A stretch of DNA of 64,000 nucleotides, from the NCBI GenBank assembly GCA_964016885.1, contig OZ024743.1:194184001-194248000 (forward strand). Direction: 5' to 3'. The position numbers were made by a program, and so were the translations under genes. The notes beneath the pieces are model-generated. The model was not told the origin of the DNA. It ran no database searches and saw nothing but the letters and a program-made list of their open reading frames with translations. Positions 12,720 to 26,752 of this stretch are shown here, piece by piece. This stretch comes from Eledone cirrhosa. Its lineage: Eukaryota. How positions within the stretch are numbered: the first letter of the stretch is position 1; each line of letters starts with the position of its first letter.

Positions 12720-13726
12720 TATTTATGTATATATATAATTTGTACAGATTAATAGTTTAAACAGAGAATCTAAATAATTAATATTCGTTCTACGCTTATA
12801 TATCTGTGTGTGTGTGTATGTATATATATGTATGTAAAAGAGTGATATGATATATTCTACTTCGTTAAGTTACAATGACTAAAATGAAAAACCTATGGAA
12901 ATAGTTAAGCAACTAAGATCGAAACCTAAACTCTCTAGTAGAAAAAAATTAATCTATAAACATAATTTGTTAGGCTTTTTCAGTATTGATAGTCATTAGT
13001 GTTATTTATTGGGTATTAGCAATCGATCCCGATAATATAGGAAATCACTTATGTAACAAACCGATAACATAAGTTAAAAATAATGAGTCGACATTTATTT
13101 CTTTCAACAAGTTTCACCATAGAGTATATCAGTCACGTTAATGAAAAAAACCCCCAAAAAACCACAACTACAACCAAACGTACGAATATCAGTTATCCAT
13201 TTTGCAAAACGAAAATGTAAATTGATATATTTAAATGGATGCTAAGAGGAAAAACAGCGTTGGTCACCCTTACTTTAAGGTTGTATAAATCAAAGTAACG
13301 ACTCGTATCACTTAGATATTACTAATGGAATTCAAATACACAAGTTTTACAGCTAAGTATAAATAGATTTGATTTTGTTCAATTAAGTCGAATTTTTATT
13401 CTGTTCATTGACTAGAAAATGACACTGAAATGGCTAACAAATCAGCAATAAAATGACTACAAGAGAACAGGTAAAAACATATTTAAGAACGTTAAGAGCA
13501 GAGGCTATTGATTGAAGCATTATAAATTCAAATTAAATAGCACCGTTAAAAAAGTATAGTAAGTAGTCGACAGATTATTGGTTTAAATATTTCTATCACT
13601 GGCAAACGTCTAGAAAGTGGTGCAATGTAAATGAACAAATATTTCAAAATATAAATATCTGTAAAATTAGAATATGACGCAAATGATTTCTTAACAAGGC
13701 AATATATATATATTTAATATAGACAA

Positions 13727-13775
13727 GCTTCTACAGGACTAGAACTGCTTCATTCGTGATAAATCATCAGGAAGC
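13727..13775 (-). ncRNA. Hammerhead copy (GAAA>GAAG)
   Basis: Reverse complement of the 14080-14128 motif with two substitutions. Confidence 0.7.
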
Positions 13776-14079
13776 TGCCTGTCCAAGTAAATATGGTGGT
13801 ATTTATATCTTTTCTGGTGGTAGGAGAGAGTGGGGATTGGGATGGGCGGAGGTCATTGGTTGATGGGTTTAAAGAAAAGGGAATTCTTTAAAAGCTAATT
13901 CTTTAAAGCTATAATTTATATTTGTCACTCTAAATATAAATCATAGCTTTAAGGAATCAGCTGTTAAAGAATTCCCTTTTCTTTAAACCCATCAACCAAT
14001 GACCTCCACCCATCCCAATCCCCACCTTCTCCTACCACCAGCAAATATATAAATACCACCATATTTACCTGGACAGTCA

Positions 14080-14128
14080 GCTTCCTGATGATTTCTCACG
14101 AATGAAACAGTTCTAGTCCTGTAGAAGC
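14080..14128 (+). ncRNA. Type I hammerhead ribozyme, canonical core
   Basis: gcttc-CTGATGA-t ttc tcac gaa t-GAAA-cag ttctagtc ctg-TA-gaagc; all three stems pair, GUA cleavage triplet. Confidence 0.88.
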
Positions 14129-14259
14129 TTTTCTATATTAAACATTTATACTCTGCTATGTATTGAGTACCTTATTTACTGTGGTTACCCCCGATTGAAC
14201 CCGGAATAACTTATATATATATATATATATATATATATCTTTTTTACATATATACATAC

Positions 14260-14367
<108 letters not shown>

Positions 14368-17044
14368 TTACATGTATGTTTACAAACGTACGAAGAACGA
14401 AAATTATATTCTCGTCTATGGTTATAGATTGAGATAAAGGAACATTTTGTTGTATGTTATTTTATTACATGATCTGTTGTATACATCTGTAAACTAAATA
14501 CAGAGTCTTTTGGTACAAACAGAATTAAGGCTTCTTTCGATTCGTTTTCCTGACATTGCCTGTACAAAAAGTAACAACAAAACACAATTCTATAATACCA
14601 GTTTCGTTTTAAATAGACACAAACGTTCAGTATATTTAGGGACAAGGAAACATACAAGAGACGTTGATAATTTTCGCAATGATGTCATGTTTTTAAGTAA
14701 AGAAAATGGCTTTAGCAGGGAATTGAAACGACGTCGAAGATACTGTTTTCCTTGTGCTTATTTCTTATTCTATAATGCTCGCCACTCTATTAATATAGTG
14801 TTATATAATATGATATTCGAGGAGTAACAGATTTGCTCACTATAATGACTGGAATTCATTAGAAATATTGTTGGTTATAAATGAGAAATCGATTTAAGAG
14901 GAAATGGTGCTAGCTGGTAAATTTTAACACTTGGGAAAAAGTTTGAAAAAAGAATAATATATTATTAGTAGCTAAATAAAGCGTTATTGGCTTTAATTGG
15001 TAATAAACTTGGCAGAAAAGAGGATTGTTCGAAAATATAACTTGTCGTATTGTTATCTTTATCTTATTTGTATTCACACCATCATCCAGTGAACTATTTT
15101 CAGAAACATACATAAATTATATATTGTAAAGAAACAAAAAGTAGGCTAAATGTGAAAAATAAATGTGGAAACAGCTTGATTTTTTTTCTATGATAGTTTT
15201 GAATATTTTTATAGCGTGTATTTTGTGTCTATATATCGATGGCTCCGAAAAGACTCTTTGCCTTTAATGTATTTCTTCAAGATGATATTATTACAAACAA
15301 CATTAAATAAACGACGTTAATATAACATTTTTATCTGCCATTTTGATTCGATATACGAGAACGTATATGTAACATTAAGCAAAAGATAACATTTAACACT
15401 TTGTATACCAGACAAGGAAGCAGGCGTAAATATTAAAAAGAATTTCTAAATTAAGAACACCAGTCACAGCTTATACTTAAAAAGTTTTGAGGTTGTATTG
15501 TTTAGATAATTTATCCCGATCATGATTATGTGGTATTGATCGGTACAATGTATATAATGATTATACCTATGTCAAATGTCATGGCTCTACAGAAACACAT
15601 AAACATTTATTAATTTATTTTTGAAGTTATTGAAGTAAAAGCGAAGAAAGTGGGGAGGAATTAATGAAGCTGCGATTACTGATTAAATCAAATTTCTTTT
15701 CACCACCTATTCCTGTGAATGTCATCAAATTCTATATTAAATTTTGTGAATAAATATTAACTTTCTTGGTCTCATGCGCCCTAAAGTTTTCTCCATTCGC
15801 CTGAACGGGTGCAGGTGTGACTTTGGGCTGAAGATGGTTTTAAGGGTGATCTGTAGTCTCAACATGTGACTGGAATTTGCAGAGACCTGTCATATACAGG
15901 CGTATGTATACATGTATATATATGTATATATCAAACGTGAGTTCAGTTACATTCATCTATGTTAAAACGTATTCCTAGGCATTCGTTAAATAGATATTGA
16001 TAAAATAAGCACTAGGTTAAAATAAATATAGGGTCGATGTGAGAAACAAGAACCTTACGAGGCTGTGTCCCAGGTAGGCCGTAGAGCAATGACTAAATCC
16101 AGCAAAATGGGAGTGATAATCTATCTATAATGACTATGAAAATATTTAAACATATCACTACAATACGATTTAATTCCTGATCATCTACATAAACGATAGT
16201 TATAACGTCAAAATAGAACTAGACTGTGTCATATTTATTATTATTGAAATAAATATCATAAATTGGTGTAGAATAAGATGTATTTTGGGGGGACGCTCAC
16301 ATGATGATTCGAGTAGTTCCATGCTTTTATGCCACTACTGTACTCGAGAACACAGTATAATCGAATTTACCTCATTTATATCTATATATATACATTTACT
16401 GGGTTTTTCTTAAGGGAACCTATATAATTACTTACTTTGTAAGTTTTTGCTTTTGTTCTAGGAAGGGGTAGTGCCCATGGCTTTCACTAATGTTCCTTGA
16501 AAATTGTTTTTAATTTGAACAATTCTTTATCGTTATTCGCACTGTGTATGCTAGATTTATTTACTGTTGAATTTAAGGCCGCTTATGTTAAATTAATATA
16601 AGGCTGTTTGTTAATGATATGAAATAAGCTATTTTGTATACAAGAGTATGTTTTTCGTATTACATGTGGTGGGAAATCAAGATAATGAACTGGTAAAGGC
16701 GGTATAGAGAAAATAAGAAGAAACACAGAATTGACCCAAGGTCTTAATTTTTTAATGGAAGACAGACTGGGATATTACAACGAATATATATCTAAACAAC
16801 AATGAATCCAGCGAGAATCACGACTGTACCTATAACTCACAATTTTAGTTACTATCCATTTAATCTATATTGCATTTGGTGGAACATTTGCGATGATTTA
16901 TATTTGTTATAATACACTTTTCATTCTTTCTTTGAATGTAACTTATAGTTCACCTAGGATAGATAAAATAATTCCTACAAATAGTTTTTGCTCTAATATA
17001 GTGGATACGAAAATGCATTCATGAGTTTTATGTCGAATAATAAT

Positions 17045-17223
17045 TGTTTCTACTTTTGGTACAAGGCCAGCAACTATCCCAGTGCTGGTACTTTATTTTA
17101 TCGATCCCGTAAGGATGAAAGACAAAGTTAACCTCGGCGGGATTTGAACTCAGATTGTAAAGGGCCGTAACTTCATACTGCAAAGCATGGCGTCTGACCT
17201 CGTAACGATACTGCCAATCCACC
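17045..17223 (-). mobile_element. SINE family A with TSD gtcgaataataat
   Basis: Matches family consensus; TSD at 17032 and 17224. Confidence 0.9.
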
Positions 17224-18964
17224 GTCGAATAATAATAATATTTGCTTCGTTTGCAAGCAAACAGCCTCATTACGCTATGTTTTTTAGATAACTGTTCTAG
17301 ATTTATTTACTGTTGATTTTAAGGCGGCTTCTCTCGTCTAAAACACATAGCGTAATGAGGTTCTTTGCTTGCAAACGAACCAAATATTTTTATTATTCGA
17401 TACAAAACTCATGAATGGAATTCCCACAATATACTGGACTAAATAAATCGACTTACAGAATTGATGTCCTGCTGAAGGAATAAATTCTATTATATACGTT
17501 ATCTTGCTGAATATAACATTGTCTATATCTGTTAAAAAGACGAAAGGTTCATTTTGCGGTTCATAATATAGTGTAGCGACACAAAAATAATATATTTCAC
17601 AGATAATATTGCGTAACAGGAACATCAACTGAAGTGGCAAAACTAAGAATAACAAAAGTAACGCTTCAACATAATTTCGTATTTCGTAATGTTTGGGAAC
17701 AGGATATACATATAACAGAAAAATCTAGAAAAGTCTTTAAATGGTTTTGTTAAGTTTAAATGTGGTTCCTGTAATGGATTCTCCATAAAATCCTTATTCT
17801 TTGAAAGCGATCGTGCACAAAGGAAGATAGCATTAAGAAAACTTTTCACTGATCCCAAACTGTAATCTTGTATTTACCCAGCATGATGCCATCGCTGTGG
17901 CGGCTGACTGATACTTAATGACAGAAACGGTTGATTACAAGACCAACCTGAATATTCCCGACTCACATTTATTCTAATACTACTATTTATCTCTTACATG
18001 TACTAAATAGTGGCCTTCGAAATTACCTCCTGGAAAGAAGAAAAACAAACAACGAAAGGGAATTTTCTGCTTTTGCATTTCACAGCAAGTAGAACGTAAT
18101 AGGTTAGTAAAAGAAGCCAAACATTTAGAGTCAAAAAGAATTCTTTGTGTAAGTAGCGTTGCAGGATTCTAAACTGTAGGGCGCCAAAGTAACTTTTATT
18201 CAATTGAAAGATACATTAATGTAAGGTAGCGTGGTTAATGTATAAAAACGTAATGAATTCTTAATGGTAAGAAATATAATGACATAGCTAAAAGAACACG
18301 AAACGATAATGAGAACTCACGTATTAAATAAAATAAAATAAAAAGAATGGAAAACAAACAACCAACCGAACCATATAATAAAACGATGTCTTCCTTTCCA
18401 ATACGTGTTGTTATGTTTGTTTCTTCTGTAACAGAACATTTCTCTTCTGAATCTTTTGTGCAAGTATTATGTAAACGTAATATATTTGTCCATTTTATCG
18501 TCTTGACCAGTTTTTTCTAACATTAAAAAAGCAATATCGCCAGCAGACAATATGCAAATTACTGTTCATTTATGTTAAACATAGGATTAGAAAATTATTC
18601 ACTGAAGAGTTTAACTATTTGATGTTCATACTATTCTCAAAGACAGCTCTGTAAAATAAATCAAACGGCACGACTCAAGGATTGATCCCTGATCTAAAAT
18701 ACTCGCTATAACTTAAAGATATCAACAACGAAGGTCTTTTGACTATACACGATTTAATCTTTTGAAGAGAAAGGATTTGTAACCCATTTAATCATCTATA
18801 ATTTGTTTCCGGAACTTACTTGAAAATTGCTATTTATTTTAAGGACATTGAACTGGTGAACTGACATGATAGAGTTGGAGATAATAGAATTCGCAAAGTG
18901 ATGCATTAACATTCACGTAGGAAACACAACATTGATTTTGGTTCTTAGAAAAAGAAAATTGGGA

Positions 18965-19240
18965 CATCATCATCTTCCTCATCATCTTTAACAACCTCAT
19001 TATCATCACCATCACCAAAAGCCACACTACCCTCATAACCATCACCATCACCCTCACCAACACCACAACCCCCACTACCACCACCACAACCACAATCACC
19101 AGCACCAGCAGTAGCACCACCACCACCATGAAAAATACCAGCACCAACAACAGCAACATTACCACCCACACTACCAACCCCACCAACCCCACCGTCACCG
19201 ATACCATTATTATCATTATCCTCCTCGTTCACATCACCAT
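18965..19240. repeat. Degenerate (CAC/CAT/CAA)n trinucleotide repeat
   Basis: Low-complexity triplet run. Confidence 0.9.
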
Positions 19241-19307
19241 CGAACTTGCACATACGCCTGGCACATTTGCCAAACATTTGGGGACATCAACGAATCTAGA
19301 CTTAGCT

Positions 19308-19495
19308 GGCATTGGCAGTATCGGTAGAGGGTCGGACACCATGCTTTCCAGCATAGTTACGTCCCTTTTCGATCTGAGTTCAAATCCCGCCGAGGTTGAC
19401 TTTGTCTTTCATCCTTACGGGGTCGATAAAATAAAGAAGTACCAGTAATGTACTGGGTAATTGCTGGCCTTGTGCCAAAAGTAGAAACAATTATC
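19308..19495 (+). mobile_element. SINE family A
   Basis: attggcagtatcggtagagggtcggac...agaaacaattat. Confidence 0.9.
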
Positions 19496-19659
19496 ACTTT
19501 GATAACACAAAATAAGTCACATATGCTAATACCTGTGGAAATTAGAAACTGAGTACCACAAATAGTCACACTGTATAAATAGATAAAAAGGAAGATTCGT
19601 ATAAAGTTATAAATATCATTTGAAGTAACCAGAGGAGTCTTATGTAAAAATATCAAATA

Positions 19660-19847
19660 CAGATAAAATTCCTGTTATAATGAATACTATTATAACGAAT
19701 TTTTCAGTATAACGAACAATTTATCAATCCCTGGGGTAATACCAAACAAACGCTCGATTTGTATCGGTCGATATCATTATAAAGAATTTTTTGTTACAAC
19801 GAATTTTTTTTATACTCGATGAATTTCGTTATAATGAAATTTCACTG
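19660..19847. mobile_element. Tc1/mariner-pogo-like MITE
   Basis: TA|cagataaaatt..gttataatgaat ... attcgttataatgaaatttcactg|TA; internal tataacgaa subrepeats. Confidence 0.7.
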
Positions 19848-20364
19848 TATTATGAATATAAATTCCAAGAAACTTGGAGTCGAAATGAATCGGAATAACA
19901 TTTGTTATTATAGAATGTGCAATGTAAATAAAAATTGCATATAACACAATGTTTATTATTGTTAAATTCAACATGATATATAAATAAATAAGCCTGTTTT
20001 TTTATGGAATTGGGTGTTGGTTCTAGAAGTACTGCAGTAATATTGCCATCTTGTAATGAAAGAAATGGTAATAAACAACAAACCAGGTAGTTCCTAAGAT
20101 TTCGATTTAGCCTGTAATTGGCTACAGCAAAACATGGCATTTATGGTACAATAATTTCCTCTCCTTTGCTCTATGCAAAATATTAATAATGAATAAGAAA
20201 ACAAGCGAAAAATAAAGAAACAACAATAATGTTTATAATGAATACTTTTACAGAAGTAACATATTCTTATATGTAGTTAAAAGTCAGTTATATATCCACA
20301 TTTAACACCCCGTACACATACATACACACACACTCACACACGCTTGTATACATATATATATATA

Positions 20365-20543
20365 TACAACGAAGGAAATGTGGTAAGGAACCAGGTGGAC
20401 CATAACGCACCAAAGTACTCAATACTTAAGGTAGTAGAGTGGGTAATAGGAACGAGTAGGACCCCGACAGCTGAGCTCAAGCCGTTTCGCCGGCTAAGCC
20501 GTCGAAACGGCTTGAGCTCAGCCGTCGGGGTCCTACTCGTTCA
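20365..20543. mobile_element. pLTR fragment with hairpin containing the 3' half of an HHR; family copies at 1191-1245, 44384-44483, 45374-45396 and 57768-57897
   Basis: aacgagtaggaccccgac...tttcg pairs with cgaaa...gtcggggtcctactcgtt; cggc taa gccg-tc-GAAA-cggc ttgagctca gccg-TC-gggg. Confidence 0.8.
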
Positions 20544-20566
20544 TATATATATATATATATATATAT

Positions 20567-20669
20567 AATTGTTTCTGCTTTTAGCACAAGGCCAGCAATT
20601 ATCCCAGTGTATTACTGGCACTTTATTTTAGCGACCCCGTAAGGATGAAAGGCAAAGTTAACCTCGGCG
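20567..20669 (-). mobile_element. SINE family A, 3' half
   Basis: Matches family consensus. Confidence 0.85.
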
Positions 20670-20670
20670 T

Positions 20671-20710
<40 letters not shown>

Positions 20711-20822
20711 ATGCTTGTCTGCGTCTGTGCATGTCAAATGTGAATCTACAACTAACTTTTAAACACACACACGCATACACACTCCCCTTCACACATTCAC
20801 ACACACACACACACACATATGG

Positions 20823-20894
<72 letters not shown>

Positions 20895-22154
20895 CGTAAG
20901 CAATTATTTTTTGCTTTGAAAGAATCCAGAATGTGTCATACTGAACGAAACACATTACATATTGCTAAGTGCTCCGAGAAATATGTAAAATCTGATTAGA
21001 AAGAATAAAATATTTTCCAAAAAGTAACTAACATATTATTTATTGGATCATTACGTTCCTGTTTTAGAATACTATATCAATGTAACGTATGCTTTTAGCT
21101 TATTAACTCCAGAAGAAGTCGTTTCATACTTGCAAACAAAGGCTTATTTTATTTCTGTTCGTTTACTGTTTTCTGATGTTGTCAAATCAAATGTAAAAAC
21201 CTTTTCTATTTGACTAAATTACACACCATTTATATACTTTTCACACGCATTATTTTTTTTCACAAATGAGTTATTGATACTCAAAAGACAGATATGTAGT
21301 TTCTTTTCTTCAGCCATTTTTGTATTTGTCATGCCGCTATCGGGCATTTTTTTAATTTTATTCCTCTCTTCACTCATAAATTCTCAGCCCACCGTTTACC
21401 TATCGTTGAAAGTAAATAATCAGTTTCAGAGAGGCAAACGAGACATCGTTTGCATGTACGTCTATTCGTATCATCTCTAAATCTTTTTTTATGTCACATT
21501 TTGAAGGAAAGGATGTCTTTCAAAACATCCTATGCAATTATTTAGTTTTCCAGTTTAAGAAACAATGAATAAATAAAAGGATAAAAGCAATGTATGAATT
21601 ATTTTAAATATTGTTCAGATTTTCCTGCGTACAATTTTTGATTAATAAATAATTCTCTAAATTTTGCGATATCTGCATATCTTTCTTAACAGAATAAAAA
21701 GAAATAAAAAATCAACAACAAAAATAAAACAAAAAGAAAAACACAAAAAACAAACAACAAAAAACCATGATGGACATTATCATGTTTGTATTAAATTGAG
21801 AAACTTCTAGTTGTTTATAACAGTTTATAGATACTCCTTAAGTACTCAATTTAATTGGGTTAGTTTAACGTGGCAAAACAGCTCCGACCTAGACACAGAG
21901 TTTGTCACCCACTCTTGTTTCCCCTCACCTTTTTTCTGTTGCCTAATAGTCTTGTTCTTCCCCTTCCTTCACATTTTTGGCATTTATAGTCTTTTCCTCT
22001 ACTTTCCTATACAGCCATATCTGCTCTTCTTTACACTTTCCGCTTGTTTCTTCATTATGTTTCTATATTTCTCATTAATATTTCCATTACATTCACATAC
22101 ATACACACAGATGCAGGCAAAAAAAATTACACACACACATACACACATCGATAC

Positions 22155-23062
22155 AACAGAGCAGTGGTGAGAACTGATCGGAGAAAAACCTCAGAACTCA
22201 AAATTAAGACGGGATTCAGACAAGGCTGTGTACTATTCTCTAGTTTACTTAACCTCTATACAGAAAATATCTTTAAAGAAACACAAGACAAGCGAGGACC
22301 GTAGGAACGTCAACAACCTTAGATAGGCAAACGAAAATTCCTTATTAGCTTTTTAGCTTTCAACAGAGATGACTTATAGAAAATTGAACGTAAGTAAATA
22401 ACAAAGGAATGCCTTATGGAATGAAAATGAATGCAAAGAATAGAAAATCAATGTTGATCAGCAAGAAAAACAAATTGATCAGACAACAAAAATAATATAT
22501 ACCTGGGTATATGAGATCAGAAAACGGGAAACGTGGAGTAGAAATCAAAAGAGATAGAGATAGCGAGAAAGTCATTTGAAAAATTGCCAACCACTCTAAC
22601 ATCAAGGAACTTTAATATAAAAACCAGAAAAATGATTAAAGTTTTATGTTTGGTTCATTCTACTATACAGAGCTGAACTTTGGTTATCATCAACAACAAC
22701 AATATAAAAGTATTATCAAATAGATTACAAGATTTGGGGATGTGTGCATATAGAAGACTTTTGAAAATATGGACAGAACACGGAACCAATGATGAAGTGT
22801 TATGAATGGCAAAAACTAAGAAACTTTTTATTAGACACCAGAAAAGAGAGAAAACTAAAATATTTCAGACGTTTAATTAGAGAAAAATCATTTCCAGTGA
22901 TTGTCAATACAAGGTAAAATGAATAGGAAAAGAGGAAGGGAAAAAAACAAGAAGTACTTAGCTTGGTATTATCAAGAATTGAACAGATTTGAAATACAGT
23001 GAATTATAAGAATAGCTTAATAAACCCAAGATGCTGATGTCGGACGATACGTGATGATGATG
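22155..23062 (+). pseudogene. 5'-truncated decayed RTE-clade LINE
   Basis: GFRQGCVLFSSLLNLYTE, NVNNLR*A (degenerate YADD region), WFILLYRAELW; (GAT)n tail. Confidence 0.8.
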
Positions 23063-25183
23063 TATATTCTGAAATATTACTTCAGACTATGATAATTGTA
23101 TTAGTGGGGGCCTGGGTAATTCGTGATTCAGTATGCTACCGGTAATTATTTCTATGATTATTGCCAATGTAGAAACGTCTCTTGACAATTTAAAGGGAGA
23201 TAACCATTTTCTATGTAGAGATTATTCAATAATTAGATACAAATAAATAAGTAAATAAGTGTTGATGTTCTCTCTCCCTCACTCACTGCCTCCGTCTCTT
23301 TTGCTCTCTCCATATCTCACTATTACAAGAAAATAGGGCTCACGCACTGGCTACCCCGCGGCCCCGGCAGACTGAATAGAGAAGGCGTTTCCCCAGAGGA
23401 TGGCGAGGAAGATGCGTATATGAAATTAAATTCCGTAATGTTTGCAAAATAGTTTGATAAAATGAGTATAAAGAGAGGTAATAAACAACTAATTCCTGTC
23501 TAAAACATGAAAATTAAATTGCATGGTGTTCTGAAATAGTTTGATATAACGGTCTATTTGCCAAAGAAAAAACAAGTCAATATCTCGGAGTATATAATGT
23601 TTCACTTTCAAAGTCTACAAAAACTATACACAGCACACATCTCAGTCATCTTTTAATCTTTTTGTCCAAAGTGGGCATCTAAGAGTTAACAAAAATATTT
23701 TCTCATCGACCAAAACTTAAAATATTTTCCGCAAAATCTTCAGTTTCGTTCTATGTTATTTAAAGTCTATCTTTCATTATATGTTTTTAAATTCTATCAC
23801 CGAAGTTACATTTACTTTAAACCAATGCCAAACAGTAGACTACGGAATTCTTCTGTAAACAAAGATGAAAAGTGAGCTCAACTCAGAGCAGGCAAAAGTT
23901 ACACAACTATTTCTCTGTATGTTTCTACAAGATATATATCTTTCAGTGGGTAAAAGTACAAGTAAAAGCAATTATCGCTGAATTGTCACATATGTATAGA
24001 CACACACACAGATATACAGACATTCATACATACACAGGCACAGATACAGACACAGAGATACACAGAGTGACATACACAGATATATACAGACATACACTCG
24101 CAGATACACAGACCCACACACAACGACACACAGACAAACTAACAAATACAGAAATATATAGACATATACAGACACACACAAAGACATCCACAAACACACA
24201 TGCACACATTGGCAGGCTGACATACACAAGCACACATAGACTTACAGAGACAAACAACCACATACTACACAAGCGCATTAACACACATGCTCATATGTGT
24301 ACACACAATAACACAACAGAAACGTAACCAAACTATGCCTGCTTATAATTGCATTTGTTTATTTATATAACAACAAAAATCAACTTAGTTTCGACACAGG
24401 CTAGAATGTTTCAGTTAGAGGGATGTTACCGAATGCAAGAAAAACATCTACGATCAATATTAAAACTGTAACAAAAAAACAATAAATTTTATAATTAGTT
24501 GAAAAATATTTCAGGAATTTGTTAAAACAGGCTTTTGATACCTACGCGCTATCGACTGGAAAATAACTAAGAAATAAAGAAAAAATTATTGAAATCGTTT
24601 TCCCTTTCTACTTGAAGCAAACTTAAAGGAAAATATATAGAAATTTAAATCTATTTCGAGTTCAGTTTCAAAGTATATCACAGATCGATACTGAACGAGT
24701 TCACTTAAATAGATATTGAACCTGCAGGGCTTTAATTATCAATCATAATTTTAGGTTTAATTTTATCAATGATTAATTAAAAATAGAAATGAAAGCAACT
24801 GTTCTCTGGTACTTTGCAAAATATCTTTTATTCGCAAATTATTTGTGAATAGAAGATGAAATGGCTGTGTTGTATGAAAGATATAAAAAGACAACTAAGC
24901 TAAAATTGATTGTACCAGCTGTGAGCTAATCACAATTAATTACATTTCTAAATTGTAGAGCGGAGGAAAGTATGTGGGAAGGAAGAATTGTATAACATTA
25001 TCTAATGAAAATAATTTGGCAGAGAAGTGATTAGAATCTTCAATAACACGTTGATTGGACCTCGAATTAGAAGACTGCATTCAATAAAAATAATCTGTTG
25101 TTCTGACGAAAACAACGGAGTTAAATGAGCTTTGTATACAAAAATGGTGTCATTGGTAAAGAAAGAGACTTCCCCGATGTCAG

Positions 25184-25369
25184 TGGATTGGCAGTATCGG
25201 TAGAGGGTCGGACGTCATGCTTTCCAGCATAGTTACGTCCCTTTACGATCTGAGTTCAAATCCCGCCGAGGTTGACTTTGTCTTTCATCCTTACGGGGTC
25301 GATAAAAATAAAGTACCAGTAATGCACTGGGTAATTGCTGGCCTTGTGCCTAAAGTAGAACAATTATTA
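25184..25369 (+). mobile_element. SINE family A
   Basis: Matches family consensus. Confidence 0.9.
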
Positions 25370-26254
25370 GTTTCTATTTGCCTTATCAGGTTTTACACGA
25401 GGCGGAGGGGCGTTTTCTTGATCGGGGAACTTATCTTGAATTTCCAGATGATTTTTGTGTGTGAAATGATTTTCGTTCAATATTGTCATTAAGAGAGTTT
25501 TTGAAAATGTTAAACCAATGAAATAATATTTGAAAGTTTAACAGAAGTATTGTCTGGTAAGTTGATATTTTTATAAGAAATTAAAAGTTATTTTATAGAG
25601 CAAATATAGCTTAAATGTAATATAACTAGTTTCAATGCATTCGTTTTGTATGTTAAATACACAAGAATATCGGCTACAGACGTTTTGATATATGAAATCT
25701 GGAATTTAGCTTTTCATTTTTGAAGTTTAAAGAATGGCAGATCTGTTCTAATAGGGAACGGATCGTATGTGGCAGATAGTGATACGGCCACCAAATATAA
25801 GTGGGCTCCTGTCGGATGAATGAACAACTCCGGATCAAATAGTAGGAAGCTGGGAGATGGAACAATGGGTGACATTGTTAGCTCTCAAGAAGACTCTCAC
25901 AACCTAGCGATGTAGTTACGGTGAGGTGAGTAAGGATTGCCTCTAAAAAAAACAAACGCACTAGACTTCGCAGGTCTGAGAAAATTACCAAGGAATAAGA
26001 TCAGCAAAGATTGCAATATAGTCAGATTCAATAAAAGTAATCACACTGCATCGTCATTCTCGCGGGATAACAATAGATACCTTCAAGTCTCAGGTAGAGG
26101 AGCTCGTTCGAAAAGAATATAATATAGTCCTGCGCTGATGCTGAAAAAATACTGGAGATGGACCTGCGACATGTCCTATTAAGTGTGGGATGAACGTACA
26201 AACGTTTTTATCCCTAGACCCCAAAGGAGGGTCTATAAAGAAGCAAAAATTAAT

Positions 26255-26752
26255 TGATGACAACTGGAACGTTACAACCCTTTACATGTAAGGAGTAGAA
26301 GAGGCCAGATGTTACCGGCTAAATATAATCGGGTTTTTCTCATCAAAGTTCCGTGGCTCTGGTAGTGCATATGTGGATGCAGGATGGAAGGTATGGTACT
26401 ACAAATCGATGTACAGGTTGTTGGAATGTGCTGTAGACTGGATCCCATTGGGAGGGAGGATTTACCCCCTGAAGCTTATGTTGAAAGAAATGTCTTTTGC
26501 TTCTGGTCTCTGCAAACAGATCAGAAGCAAAGTACCTGCACAACACATATGAGCTCGTTTGGTCCCACTTGGGGATGCAGCCGGATTATTTGGAGGCGGT
26601 TGCATTTGATAGGATACTCTAGACGGCGAATTTGAGAACTCTTCCCCTACGATCCTCCCAAGAATAAGTGTGTGAAGAAGAAGAAGTAGAAGAAGAAGAA
26701 GAAGATGTTGGTGATGATGATGATGATTATGACGATGATGATGAAGAAGAAG
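26255..26752 (+). pseudogene. Internally deleted RTE-like LINE remnant
   Basis: TWNVTTLY (APE start) at ~26262, then C-terminal LVWSHLGMQP...LPLRSSQE* and a (GAA/GAT)n tail, like 58882-59204. Confidence 0.6.

Larger units (their letters stand above)
13713..14142. mobile_element. Foldback pLTR (arms ~210 bp, 8-bp spacer) with an HHR in each arm
   Basis: 13713-13923 is the reverse complement of 13932-14142; CCAAT (~13996) and TATA-like (~14045) motifs precede the plus-strand HHR. Confidence 0.9.

Noticed and set aside
14510-14827. 105-aa ORF with dibasic sites
   Set aside because: TTG start, no signal peptide or domain; compatible with chance.
18839-19448. Gly/Asp- and Val-rich ORFs
   Set aside because: Trinucleotide low-complexity sequence running into a SINE.
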